Assembly (NCBI GenBank): GCA_951406725.2
Contig: OX597824.1
Location: forward strand, 19,282,001 to 19,346,000
Origin: Octopus vulgaris
Taxonomy: Eukaryota
DNA length: 64,000 nucleotides
Reading direction: 5' to 3'
Shown: one piece after another, positions 27,624 through 42,141 of the stretch
Position numbering within the stretch: position 1 is the first letter of the stretch
Layout of the letters: each line of letters begins with the position of its first letter
Translations under genes and position numbers: made by a program
The notes under the pieces: generated by a model
Databases searched by the model: none
Told to the model about the DNA's origin: nothing
What the model saw: only the letters and a program-made list of their open reading frames with translations

Positions 27624-28074
27624 AATAAAAAAAAATATCAAAAATTAAAAAAAAAAAAAAATGAAAAGTTTAGAATATATACCTACTGAGTTCGAACGCA
27701 CATTCAGTGTGTCCGTAGCTAAATCATCATTCTAGTGGAGCATATAAAGCTATAACGATTATTGCTGACTGAAGAATTGGATCAGTTCCAAGTTTTATCT
27801 AACGTTGTCAGTAAAAGGTTTCCTTGTCAGCGTTAATAGCTTCGTTTTAGCTGCTTAGATTGCGTATTTAGCCGGCGTTTTGTTACATCCACACGTAAGT
27901 ACACATGCGCACAAAGGACACAGACACACACACACACACACACACACGCGCGTATGTATGTGCAAACACATACAAGCGCTGCCCCACATCATTCACATAC
28001 ATACGCACACACATACATATATATATATATACATACATACGCGCACATTTTAACGTATATACATATATACATAC

Positions 28075-28111
<37 letters not shown>

Positions 28112-28267
28112 AATATGTGTGTGTGTGTGTACGCACGCGTACGTATGTATGTGGGACCTGGGTATGCATGTTCAAAAACACAAAAACACACACACACACA
28201 CACTCATGCACACACGCACACTCACACACACACACACACACACAGATATATCCTTCCTTCTCTCTTC

Positions 28268-28312
<45 letters not shown>

Positions 28313-28713
28313 ATTCTCTCTCTATATATATATTTACATATATATGTGTGTATGTATGTGTATGCGTGTTTGTCTGAGTGTGTGTATACTTATATATATA
28401 TATATGTGTGTATGTATATATATATGTGTGTGTGTGTGTGTGAGTGTGTATGTATGTATGTTTATATAGATGTACATGTATATACATGTTCACTCACAGA
28501 TATATATACACACGCAAATAGATAAATATTTACACACATTTGTACGTATCTTCATCAGCATATCTTTGTGTCTACACCCACGCAAGTAAACACATACTAT
28601 AAAATTGTACACACCGGAAAACACACATAGATATAATTCCGCATAATTGTACATGTCCATATTCGCTTCAACATATATACGTATGTGTATATATAAAAAC
28701 ATATACATACATT

Positions 28714-28756
<43 letters not shown>

Positions 28757-28813
28757 AAGATATTTTAAACTTTCAAAACTTTTTAAATAATCATACTCTA
28801 TGTATGTATACGT

Positions 28814-29114
28814 GGAGGCACATGGCCCAGTGGTTAGCGCACCGGACTCGCGGTCGAGGGATCGCGGGTTCGACTCTCAGACCGGGCGATGTGTGGGTTT
28901 ATGAGTAAAAACACCTAAGCTTCACGCGGCTCGGGCAGAAGGTAATGGAGAACTTCTGCTGACTCTTTCGCCACAACTTTCTCTCACTCTTTCCTCCTGC
29001 ATCTTGCAGCTCACCTGCGACGGACCGGCGTCCCGTCTAGGTGGGGAACCTATACGCCATAGAAACCAGGAAACTGGCCCTTATTAGCCAGGCATGGCTC
29101 GAGAAGGAACAAAC
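28814..29114 (+). mobile_element. SINE family B2
   Basis: TGGCCCAGTGG A box, GGTTCGACTC B box; homologous to 5641-5931. Confidence 0.85.
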
Positions 29115-29210
29115 ATATGTTTATGCATCTATCTATTAATACAATATTATTTGGGACTTATACCTTCTGTGATGATTTTTTTATGTAATTTTCCTGCTCT
29201 TATTATATAA

Positions 29211-29594
29211 TCTCTCTCTATATAAACGGCAGTTTGTCTGTGTGTGTTTCTGTGTGTCTGTTTGGTTGTACCCTCACCCTGACCACGGCTTTCAACCGAT
29301 TCTGATGAAACTTGATACACACATAGCCCAATGTCATAATTCAAAACTAACGCAGCGAAAATTTTGAAAAGTTCCCCCAGTTCTGAAAAAAATCGATAAA
29401 TTCGACATGGGGTCGAGAATGAGAAACACAAAGTACAGACTGTCTAGGGGACGCAACTCGACCTTTTAACTCACAAAAAAAAATTTACCATCATTTTTTT
29501 TCCATTTTTTTGCTATTTTTTGGCTATAACTCTCTAAAAATGCTTTATAGTTATTTCCCTTACAAATCCGAGCAACGCCGGGTGATACTGCTAG
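29211..29594 (+). mobile_element. Non-autonomous Helitron
   Basis: 5' TC, 3' CTAG, subterminal hairpin CCGAGCAACGCCGG, inserted between A and T, no TSD. Confidence 0.8.
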
Positions 29595-29757
29595 TATAAT
29601 ATATAATCGCTCTTATTAAATGTCTAAATACTTTTAATCTTTTAGATATTTCCCTACTAAGAGCACTTATTAGAAATTCATTATATTGTATTATCATTGA
29701 ATATATTTCATTAATGATATAGCTATATAAGAATAAATACATTATATACGATATTAC

Positions 29758-29992
29758 GCGAGATCTGAGAATTCAGATCGCTAAGATGTGGCCAGTACGA
29801 GAGTCAAACATAAAGGTTATCCCTATTGTCATCGGAGCATTGGGTTCAATACCACCCAATCTGAAAAAACATCTGGAAAATTTAGAAATACTCTACAATC
29901 TAGGTGGTACGCATATTGCGTAAAGTACTGTCTGTCTGAGGTCCTTGTGATTTCAATCAACAACCTTACAATATTGTACACTGTGCGTCGCC

Positions 29993-29994
<2 letters not shown>
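29758..29994 (+). mobile_element. R4/Dong-like (RLE) non-LTR 3' fragment ending in (TAA)n
   Basis: RDLRIQIAKMWPVRESNIKVIPIVIGALGSIPPNLKKHLENL matches the RLE C-terminal VxPIVIGALG motif; (TAA)n follows at 29995-30124. Confidence 0.8.
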
Positions 29995-30057
<63 letters not shown>

Positions 30058-30127
30058 CAACAACAGCAACAACAACAATACTAATACTAATACTACTACT
30101 ACTACTAATAATAATAATAATAATCAT

Positions 30128-30345
30128 GGTTTCAAATTTTGCCATAGGGGCAGTAACTTTTGGGGAGAGGATGAGTCGATTAGATCGACCCCAATTTGTT
30201 ACTGGTACTTATTTAATCGACCCCGAAACGATGAAAGGCAAGGTTGACCTCGGCTGAATTTGAACTCATGACGTAAAGACGGGCGAAATACTTTACCACT
30301 AAGTATTTCGCCCGGAGTGCTAATGATTCTGCCAGCTCGCCACCC
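30128..30345 (-). mobile_element. SINE family A within (TAA)n
   Basis: Homology to family A. Confidence 0.85.
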
Positions 30346-30410
<65 letters not shown>

Positions 30411-31044
30411 TCATTAAGAAAGATATGAAGAAGAACGGAAAAAGTAAAGGAGCGATGAGAGAGAGAGAGAGAGAAAGAGACGTAGAGAGAGTGAGAATGA
30501 GAGAGAGAGATAAAGAGAAGCGGTTTGTGGAGATTTTCTGGTGTGATTCTGTAATGGAAGGAAATGGATCCTTGAACGAGAGAGAAGTAGGTCGATGATT
30601 ACAAGATGTAGGTCACCATTTCATAGATCTCCTCACAGACTTTCATCTCGCTCCCAAAACCAGCTTCTTTTTCATTCTTTAACCGTTTCCTTCGTACCAA
30701 AATTACACACAATCCTCTAAAGCCCCACGACCACCACCACTTTTCTCGCTCACCCCTCTCTCTCTCTCTTTCTTTCTCTATTTCACCCCTTTCTTTTCAT
30801 TGCCAACGCCGTCACAGTCCTCACTTCTAACACCAAAGGCTTCTCTTAATTCACATTATTTTCTTTGATATGTGTGTGTTTGTGTGTGTGTGTGCGTGTG
30901 TGCGTTTATGTGTGTGTGTGCATGTGTGTAGGAATGGCTATTTATCAATGAATGTGTTTGTATACGTGCGGTGTGCGTTTCAGTGAATGTGGATGTGTTT
31001 TCGTGGATACGCGTTATTTCATATTGCCCGCTAGACCAGGTCCA

Positions 31045-31411
31045 ATACATACACACATACATACGTACATGCATACATACATACATATACACACACTCAT
31101 ACATACATACATACATACATGCATACATACATACACATATACACACACACACACATACATACAAACATACATACATACATACATACATATATACATACAT
31201 AAATACATACACACATACATACATACGTACATACATACATAAATACATACACACATACACACAGACATACATACATACATATATGCGCACATACATACAT
31301 ATTTATATATACATGCATAAACATACATATATGCACACACAGACATATATATGTATATATATATGTTTGTCTGTATGTGAGTATATATATATGTATTTAT
31401 ACGTATATATA

Positions 31412-31478
<67 letters not shown>

Positions 31479-31581
31479 GTACGTATGTATGTATGTATGT
31501 ATATGTGTGTGTGTGCATGCGCATGTGTGTCTATATATGTACCTAATTCAATTGAATCTTATATATATGTATGTATGTTTC

Positions 31582-31662
<81 letters not shown>

Positions 31663-31779
31663 GTATATATATATATTTATTATTATATGTATATATATAT
31701 ATATACAGATATATATATATACATATATATATATATATGTATGTATATATATATGTATATATATATATATATGTTTATA

Positions 31780-31818
<39 letters not shown>

Positions 31819-31830
31819 TATATATATGTA
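31045..31830. repeat. Compound (CATA)n/(TA)n
   Basis: Seen directly. Confidence 0.95.
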
Positions 31831-32313
31831 TGGACCTAGTCTACGTACATGTGCGCGCATACGTGTTCATATTTATGTGTGTTTCTCTGTGTGTGTGGTG
31901 TGTACGTGTGTGTGTGTGGTGTGTACGTGTGTGTGTCTGTGAAAACAGACACATGTGCTTTTACAGGGCACGTCTTAATTCTTGTGAAAGAATCATTTTT
32001 AACCGAGAGCGCTTTCTAGATAATTAAAAATTAATAAGATCTATGATAAAAAAAAAATGTCTATGCGAGAGAATCGAGGGGGCCAAAAAAAAGACACGAA
32101 TACGGATTGTATATTGTTGCAGACGAGGTGTAGATATTATACATTGCCTTGCTGGGAGGTTGGCTGAATGTTTCATCATCGCTCTGCTGCTCATCATTTA
32201 ATGTAAGACTGAAGAATTTGGCGATGATGCTGTTACAAACACACACACACGCACGCACGCACACGCACGCAAGCACACACACACACACACATATATATGT
32301 ATGGATATGTATT

Positions 32314-32385
<72 letters not shown>

Positions 32386-32410
32386 CATAAATATATATAT
32401 ATATATATAA

Positions 32411-32571
32411 GGGGAAAGTTTACGAAAATAAACAAAAGACGAAGGCAGGTGGAGTACAAACAAACAAATGTATTAGTATAGCGCTCAGGAAAATAAAAAA
32501 GTATTTTACGTTTCGAGCCTACGCTCTTCGACAGAAAGATACACATAAAAAAAACAAGGAGAGAAACAAGG
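32411..32571 (-). mobile_element. Penelope-like family E fragment with minimal hammerhead motif (32503-32538)
   Basis: CTTT-CTGTCGA-A-GAGC-gtag-GCTC-GAAAC-GTA; (TA)n on both sides. Confidence 0.65.
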
Positions 32572-32575
32572 ATAC

Positions 32576-32658
<83 letters not shown>

Positions 32659-32792
32659 GAGAGACAGAGACAGAGACAGAGACAGAGACAGAGAGAAAGA
32701 GAGAGAGAGTGAGAGAGAGAGAGAGATACATATATACATATATATGTGGGTGGTATGCATGTGGGTAGTATACATGTAGGTGGTATATATGT

Positions 32793-32949
32793 GGGTGGTA
32801 TAAGGTGGTCCACATAGTCACCGGATGCTGGTTGGGTGAGCACAATACTGAGCTAAAACTTCCAAAGAGTGACGCAAACCCCAAGTCCTAATTCGACCTC
32901 CTCGTGGTACCACTTGAATCTAAATCAAGAGGAGATGACGACTGCGAGT
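32793..32949 (+). ncRNA. Decayed HDV-like ribozyme at the RTE 5' end
   Basis: P1 GGGTGGT/ACCACTT, P2 ATTCG/CGAGT, P3-L3 ACC-TCCTCGT-GGT, P4 ATCT/AGAT; P1.1 and J4/2 imperfect. Confidence 0.55.
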
Positions 32950-33375
32950 GCCTGGTGCAGTATAAGAAGGCCGCTCTGATCAGATGGGGCTTGTTAGTCA
33001 TTATCGGCAGCTTGTCTAGGAGAAGGACACTTTGATATTAAATCTACGACCCAAGGACCTCTCTATCATCTTCTCAGCTTGTTGGGCCAAGGTAGATGAA
33101 CTCCGGGTGTAAAGCGTGGGGCCAGTTCTGCGAAGACTGCACTTCACCTTAAGACTCTATCGCGCAAGCCGAAGGACCTGTCCAACTCCTCGACCATGAT
33201 CACAACTCTCCGATCCCTGTAACGATGGGAAGGGGACGAAAACGACAGGTGGAAGATGTTACTGGAAGCCGCAGCTCCCAACCTGCATGCAAGCGGTTCG
33301 GGACATTGATCGCCTGGTGTTGACCTGGAGACGATAACATCATTCGGCAGCATCCCGAACGACCAGGCAGCCTTA

Positions 33376-33495
33376 TCTCGGGAGAGCACATCTCGGGAGA
33401 GCACATCTCGGGAGAGCACATCTCGGGAGAGCACATCTCGGGAGAGCACATCTCGGGAGAGCACATCTCGGGAGAGCACATCTCGGGAGAGCAAA
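33376..33495 (+). repeat. 15-bp tandem repeat TCTCGGGAGAGCACA x8
   Basis: Seven perfect units and one with a single change. Confidence 0.97.
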
Positions 33496-34587
33496 TAGCT
33501 CCACATGAGGGACTAGAAAAGGTGGCCTAAAGAAAGCTCTCCTCTTACACATCCAGCTGTCAAAACGCGGCCAATGGGCATCTTCAAGCGGTTGAATACG
33601 CACAATTACAAAAAGGAAAAACTCCACCCCCACCTCAAAGGGTCTGAAGATCGCATTTTGGAACGTCAGAACCATTCTTGACTCAGATGACAGAGGTCGC
33701 TCAGAACGCTGATCCGCTCTCATTGCGCATGAGCTGTCCAGGATAGATTATTGATATCGCAGCCCTTAGCCATGTCCGGCTCCCAAAGGAAGGGAAAGAA
33801 CAGTGCCGGATACACCAGTATGATGCCTGGCGCAGAATATCATACTGACCATGGTCTGGTCCGTTGCAAACTCAAACCCCACTTCAAGACCAAGCCAACA
33901 AAAAAGAGCATAGTGCCGGATACACCCATTATTGGTCAGGTAAACCCCAATCAGAAAGATACCGTTCAGGTATCGGTTTCATGAAAAGATACTCCATTGT
34001 CTCAAAGCTGGAAACGCTACCAGGAAGTAATTCTGACCGCATCATCTCCATGCGTCCTTCCTCTGAAAAAGAAGCAACATGCTACGATCTTCAGCATTTA
34101 CTACCCGACCCTCCAAGCAGACCTAGCAGACAAGGACAAGTTCTACTCAGACTCCTCCAGGGAACCCCCGTCGATGATAAGGTGATAATCCTAGGAGATT
34201 TCAACGCCAGACTGGGTCGAGATCCAGAGAAACCTTGATGCCCGTGAGTGGTCCACTCTTACAACTGACCCCGTCGCTTGGTGCCATACCATCAGCGGTG
34301 TTGTTGACCCTGAATAACCATACGCCTACCATCACTGCAATCGAACGTGTCGGTTCCACATCGGCCTTATCAGCCACGAACAAGCGTGCAGACAACATGG
34401 AGAACAGCCCTCCTAATGTTCATCAGCGAAGCGAATCAAAGATAGATGTCTGTGTGTGTGTGCGTGTGTGTGTATGTTTATATATACAGGTGTTCGGACT
34501 AAATCTGACGATTTTTCATGTCTCCTCTCTTTCTTTTTCTTTTTTCAGGCACAGCTTCATGTATTAGTGAACAATTAACAATGTGTG

Positions 34588-35608
<1,021 letters not shown>

Positions 35609-35617
35609 GAGATAGAG

Positions 35618-35686
<69 letters not shown>

Positions 35687-36164
35687 GATAGACGTATATA
35701 TACGCGTGTGTGTATGTGTGTATGTGTGTGTGCGCGTGTGTTTTTGCGTCTACCCGACACCACTTGTGACTGTAAGTTAGCGGTTTGACAAAAGAACCGG
35801 TAAAATAAGTGTTAATCTGGAGTCGGTGGTTCAGCAAAAATCCTTCACCACTGTTGACCTGCATCTTGGAAAAGTCTCGTATTTCTATACGTTTATGAAA
35901 ATCTCTTGAGAGATGACCCAATGCGCCTGCGATACGTAGAAATGAGAATCTACAGCTCAACATCCAGAACTATAAGTTCCTTCTTAGTTCACCACAGTTG
36001 CTCTCCGCACCCCTCCATTTTCAAACACGATATCCGCATTCATTGAACGGCTGACCTCCATGACGCAGCACGGATTTGTCCCCTGTCTCTGACACAACAT
36101 CATTTAGTCTATTGCGTTTGCATCGGGTTGCAATTCTTATTAGAATGTTCCACCAGTAGACCAT

Positions 36165-36546
36165 GGAGGCGCAATGGCCCAGTGGTTAGGGCAGCGGACT
36201 CGCGGTCGTAGGATCGCGGTTTCGATTCCCAGACCGGGCGTTGTGAGTATTTATTGAGCGAAAACACCTAAAGCTCCACGAGGTTCCGGTAGGGATGGTG
36301 GTGATCCCTGCTGTACTCTTTCACCACAACTTTCTCTCACTCTTTCTTCCTGTTTCTGTTGTACCTGTATTTCAAAGGGCCGGCCTTGTCACTCTCTGTG
36401 TCACGCTGAATATCCCCGAGAACTACGTTAAGGGTACACGTGTCTGTGGAGTGCTCGGCCACTTACACGTTAATTTCACGAGCAGGCTGTTCCGTTGGTC
36501 GGATCAACCGGAACCCTCATCGTCGTAACCGACGGAGTGCTTCCAA
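36165..36546 (+). mobile_element. SINE family B, full length
   Basis: TSD AGTAGACCAT at 36155-36164 and 36547-36556. Confidence 0.92.
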
Positions 36547-36559
36547 AGTAGACCATATA

Positions 36560-37133
36560 TTGGGTTGTCCGGAAAGTTCGTGCTGATTTTTAAAGGAAAG
36601 AAAAAGGTCAATAAATACTTGCCATTACATTTTTAATTAACCAAATATGAACCATTTTGTTGCACAATGCGCCTCCATCTTTCCTTTAGCTTAAAAATAC
36701 CCTCTTCCCAGAATTGGTAAATAATTCATCAAGGTATCTTTTTACGTCATCCAAGGAATGGAAATTTTTACCATTAAGACTATTCTGCAGAGACCTGAAT
36801 AAGTGGAAATCCGAAGAAGCAATATCTGGTGAATATGGAGGGTGGGTAACACATCCCAATTTTTGTCTGGTTCCCAAGTTTTGTCTGGTTCCCAATTTTT
36901 GTCTGGTTCCCAAAGCATCAAGTGCCGAAAATGAACTTTCTTATTTTCCATTTTAAAGGGTTACAGAATTAACACAGGTTATGGGAATATAAACCTTCTT
37001 CCACGAAAAGATAGCTTAAACTGTACTCTAAATGGACGTGTAGTCAAATTCTATTTTATGGACACAACCATGTTCTAAAATAAGTCGAAAGATAAGCTGC
37101 TATAAATCGGCACGAACTTTCCGGACAACCCAA
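36560..37133 (-). mobile_element. Internally deleted non-autonomous mariner, copy 2
   Basis: Same TIRs, TA flanks and deletion junction as 25598-26163. Confidence 0.95.
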
Positions 37134-37444
37134 TATTTAGAGGTCTAGAAAATTTCTGATTCTTGTGTGCTTTCTGTGGATTGCATTGGCAAAAATGATA
37201 CATTTAATGGGAAGGTTGTATGTTGTAGGAATTTTGGAGAATTGTTAGCTGATGGTAGCTACCAAACTGTTATGGCGTAGGCGACATTTTCTATCACAAC
37301 GCGGAGGTTTAGAGACATACCGTCTTTCTTATCGGTCAGATAATAAGTAGTTCCGGCATGGAAGAAGCATATCCTTGTAGACAGGATGTTATGTATTCAT
37401 TACAGGTCCAGGAGAGACTGATATTCTTGTTATGTTCTTATTCT

Positions 37445-37812
37445 CTAGAGGTTGAATTGTACAAGTATCTTGGAGCACAAATCTGTGATGAAGCTACATG
37501 TAAGAAAGAAATTAGGACACGACTAGCTATGGCAAGAACGACCTTGGAAAATTTTAATAACATCTGGAGGAGGAAAAGTATTCCGACTATGTTGAAGGCA
37601 AGACTAGTGCGAGAGCTTATTTGGCCAATAGACATTAATGGTTGCGAAAGCATGTGCTCTGGGCAAATTTGAAGAGAACATAATCAATGCGTTCGAATTG
37701 TGTGTAGGACAATGTAACGAGTCTCTTACAAGATGCATCGTAAATATGAATGTGTGTTACCAGAAGGTGAAAGACAGCAACTGGTGTACATTGTGAAAAA
37801 ACAGAAACTCAT
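37445..37812 (+). mobile_element. Old RTE-group LINE fragment (end of RT)
   Basis: EVELYKYLGAQI...EIRTRLAMARTTL...IW...LKARLVRELIWP...GCES. Confidence 0.8.
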
Positions 37813-37816
37813 TTAG

Positions 37817-38054
37817 TAGGCGCAGGAGTGGCTGTGTGGTAAGTAGCTTATTTACCAACCACATGTTTCCGGGTCCAGTCCCACTGCGTGGCACCTTGGG
37901 CAAGTGTCTTCTACTATAGCCTCGGGCCGACCAAAGCCTTGTGAGTGGATTTGGTAGACGGAAACTGAAAGAAGCCCGTCGTATATATATATATGCGTGT
38001 GTGTGTTTGTGTGTCTGTGTTTGTACCCCTACTTACCACACAGCCACTCCTGCG

Positions 38055-38058
<4 letters not shown>
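37817..38058 (+). mobile_element. SINE family C 5' half closed by an inverted copy of its own first 30 bp
   Basis: 37817-37846 is the perfect reverse complement of 38029-38058. Confidence 0.85.
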
Positions 38059-38096
<38 letters not shown>

Positions 38097-38294
38097 TATA
38101 TTCAGAAAGAGAGAGAGAGAGAAACAGAGGGAGGCTTGTAAGGTTTGTGTAAGTAGCATGTGTGTACGCGCATGTGTGCGCTCATGTAGTCTTTATTAGG
38201 TGGACATGCTAGATTTTCTGAAGCAATGAGAAATTTCGTAGATTATGTGTCTGCCTATATATTACTTATATATGTATGAATATGTATATGCGTG

Positions 38295-38400
<106 letters not shown>

Positions 38401-38461
38401 ATGTATTTGTGTGTACGGGTGCAAATGTTATGTAGGGGTATGTTTGTATGATTTTCCGTCC

Positions 38462-38496
<35 letters not shown>

Positions 38497-38599
38497 TCTC
38501 TCTCTCCATCTTCATCTTTCTCTTAGCCACAACTAACCCCCTCCATCCCACTCCATATGCCCTGTATGAAACATTCCTTGTTCCAGTCGACCAAAACCA

Positions 38600-38653
38600 A
38601 ATAATAATAATAATAATAATATAAATAATAATAATAATAATAGTAATAATATA

Positions 38654-38699
<46 letters not shown>

Positions 38700-38771
38700 T
38701 AAATAACAATAATAATAATAATAATAATAACAATAACAATAATAATACTAATAATAACAACAACAATAATG

Positions 38772-38828
<57 letters not shown>

Positions 38829-39100
38829 TTAATAATAATAATAATAATAATAACAATAATAATAATAATAATAATAATAACAATAATAATAATAATAATA
38901 ATAATATAAATAATAATAATAATAATAATAATAATATTAATAATAATAATAATAATAATATAAATAACAATAATAATAATAATAATAATAATAATATTAA
39001 TAATAATAATAATAATAATAATATAAATAACAATAATAATAATAATAATAATAATATAAATAACAATAATAATAATAATAATAATAATAATATTAATAAT

Positions 39101-39168
<68 letters not shown>

Positions 39169-39174
39169 TAACAA
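38600..39174. repeat. Long (AAT)n
   Basis: Seen directly. Confidence 0.97.
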
Positions 39175-39336
39175 TACTGTTTTCCTGTTGGTTAGCCTCT
39201 GCTATATTTTGCATGCATGTTGTCCCTCTTATGTTACCCCTGACGGCTTAAAAACATCACCACCACCGCCGCCGCCGCCACCCAACACGTTTACTACTAC
39301 TACTACTACTACTACTATCACCATTACTACCACTTT

Positions 39337-39373
<37 letters not shown>

Positions 39374-39817
39374 GCTACTGCTACTGCTGCTGCCGAATCA
39401 GTCGCCAACTCTATTTCCATTACCAGCACACGACTACGCCCAACAAACCAGGATGTCCCTTATGTGGTCACCCGACTTGCCAGAAAGTGCAGCCAGATAA
39501 GATAACCTTCCAGTCATACTGTAAACAAGACAGTGGTAGTTGTATCGGTTTTGTTATGTTGTTGATGTTGGTGCTGTTTTTAATGTTGTTATTGTAGTTA
39601 GTCACCACCCGAATGCCCTGACATACGATTAAATGAATTCCACAAGTGACCATCTCACCTTTATTTTTAACCAATGTATCTACGACTGTCATTGAACGTA
39701 TCCTTTTTTTAATACATTGTGATTGCGCAATGGTGATTTAGCTGCTACTTCTAGGTGGTCAATCCTAGAATAGATTAGAGGGCATTTTGAGTATGAAGTT
39801 GAGGACTCTAGATTATT

Positions 39818-40994
39818 CTTTTCTACTCTAGGCACAAGGCCCGAAATTTTGAGGAAGGGGGCCAGTCGATTATATAGACCCCAGTGCGTAACTGGTACTT
39901 AATTTAATCGACCCCGAAAGGATAAAAGGCAAAGTCGACCTCGGCAGAATTTGAAATCAGAACGCAGCGGCAGACGAAATACCTATTTCTTTACTACCCA
40001 CAAGGGGCTAAACACAGAGAGGACAAACAAGGACAGACAAACGGATTAAGTCGATTATATCGACCCCAGTGCGTAACTGGTACTTAATTTAATCGACCTC
40101 GAAAGGATGAAAGGCAAAGTCGACCTTGGCGGAATTTGAAATCAGAACGCAGCGGCAGACGAAATACCTATTTCTTTACTACCCACAAGGGGCTAAACAC
40201 AGAGAGGACAAACAAAGACAGACAAACGGATTAAGTCGATTATATCGACCCCAGTGCGTAACTGGTACTTAATTTAATCGACCTCGAAAGGATGAAAGGC
40301 AAAGTCGACCTTGGCGGAATTTGAAATCAGAACGCAGCGGCAGACGAAATATCTATTTCTTTACTACCCACAGAGGGGACAAACAAGGACAGACAAACGG
40401 ATTAAGTCGATTATATCGACCCCAGTGCGTAACTGCTACTTATTTAATCGACCTCGAAAGGATGGAAGGCAAAGTCGACCTCGACGGAATTTGAACTCAG
40501 AACGTAGCGGCAGACGAAATACCGCTAAGCATTTCGCCCGGTGTGCTAACGTTTCTGCCAGCTCGCCGCCTTACTTAACATAGTATTATTCTTTCCTTTA
40601 CAACTCTAATCACAAGACCATAAGTTTTGGGGAGGGGACCAGTGGATTAGATCGAACCCAGTACATAACTGGTACTTAATTTATCGACCCCGAAAGGATG
40701 AAAGGTAAAGTCGACCTCGACGGAATTTGAACTCAAAATACAAAGACAGACAAAATACCTATTTCTTTACTACCCTCAAGGAGCTAAACACAGAGAGGAC
40801 AAACAAGGACAGACAAACGGATTAAATCGATAACATCGACCCCAGTGCGTAACTGGTACCGATTTAATCGACCCAGAAAGGATGAAAGGTAAAGTCGACC
40901 TCGGCGGAATTTGAACTCAGAACGTAACGACAGACGAAATACCGCTAAGCAGTTCGCCCGGCGTGCTAACGTTTCTGCCAGTTCACCGCCTAAT
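39818..40994 (-). mobile_element. SINE family A composite array (two heads, six bodies) inside one TSD
   Basis: 185-bp periodicity (39980, 40165, 40350); GACTCTAGATTATT at 39804-39817 and 40995-41008. Confidence 0.9.
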
Positions 40995-41280
40995 GACTCT
41001 AGATTATTGATTTAATTATAACAACATCTCAAGATGTTTTAGGTAATTAATTATTTAATTAATTAATTAATTAATTAGATTTGTCATGGTGAGACGGCGC
41101 ATGACATAGTGGTTAGAGAGTTGTTCGCAAGGTCATGGTTTCGATCCTTCGACCAGACGATGTGTTGTGTTCTTGAGCGAAAACACGTCAAATCGCATTA
41201 TTCCGGTCCACTCAGCCGACAAAAAGTAGAAGTCTCGCAACAAACTACTGCCTCCTTCAATGGAGCACCGGTCTAATATA

Positions 41281-41485
41281 TTCTTTTATTTGTTTCAGTC
41301 ATTTGACTGCGGCCATGCTGGAGCATCGCCTTTAGTCGAGCAAATCGACTCCCAGGACTTATTCTATGGAAGCCTAGTACTTATTCTATCGGACTCTTTT
41401 GCCGAACCGCCAAGTTACGGGGACGTAAACACAACACCATCGGTCGTCAAGCGATGTTGGGTGGACAAACACACACACAAACATA

Positions 41486-41540
<55 letters not shown>

Positions 41541-41698
41541 GACGGGCTTCATTCAGTTTCTGTCTATCAAATCCACTAACAAGGCTTTGGTCGGCCCGAG
41601 GCTATAGCAGAAGACACTTGCCCAAGGTGCCACGCAGTGGGAATGAACCCAGAACCATGTGGTTGGTAAGCAAGCTACTTAACACACAGCCACTCCTG
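41281..41698 (-). mobile_element. SINE family C
   Basis: Full-length homology to the other copies. Confidence 0.9.
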
Positions 41699-42141
41699 AA
41701 ATACATTTGCTTCGAATTTGCTTTGGAAAGTGGTCTACGCTTGTGATGGTAACCAAGTAATGTGGCTGGTAGTCAAGAGGCCGGCAGCCCAAAAATATTT
41801 GGGAACCACTGGTTTAGGGTATCAGATTCTCTGTTATAATTAAAATTGATTTACTCTCTAGCCTTTGTCAAGTAATTATCGTTATGGCTGTTGCTCTTGT
41901 TTTCCTTTTTCTTCTTCTTGCTATTGTTCTTAGAGTTCAATCACCACAGAGCAGTCCTTACCGAATAGAACTACAACGAAAGGCCTTCTATCCGTGACCA
42001 TCCAATCTTTTTGTACATGCAGTACAAAATTCTCCTATGTGTCATTTCTTTTTTTAAGACAAGGCGTGGCGCCTTAGGCAAATGTCTTCTACTAAATGCC
42101 CGGGTCGTCCAATACCCTGGTTATTATATTAAGCAGATCAT

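Larger units (their letters stand above)
32793..34235 (+). mobile_element. RTE-clade LINE 5' part: 5' UTR plus frameshifted AP endonuclease
   Basis: LKIAFWNVRT, ALIAHEL, GYTHYWSG, SIYYPT, KVIILGDFNARLG motifs; 5' boundary inferred. Confidence 0.85.

Noticed and set aside
27680-27742. tRNA-like remnant on the minus strand
   Set aside because: Only a B-box-like GTTCGAACTC is recognisable; no cloverleaf
33376-33495. CRISPR-like or peptide repeat (SRDVL, LPRCA)
   Set aside because: Head-to-tail 15-mers with no spacers, in a eukaryotic LINE context
35800-36150. Possible old LINE RT fragment
   Set aside because: Similarity too weak to support by eye
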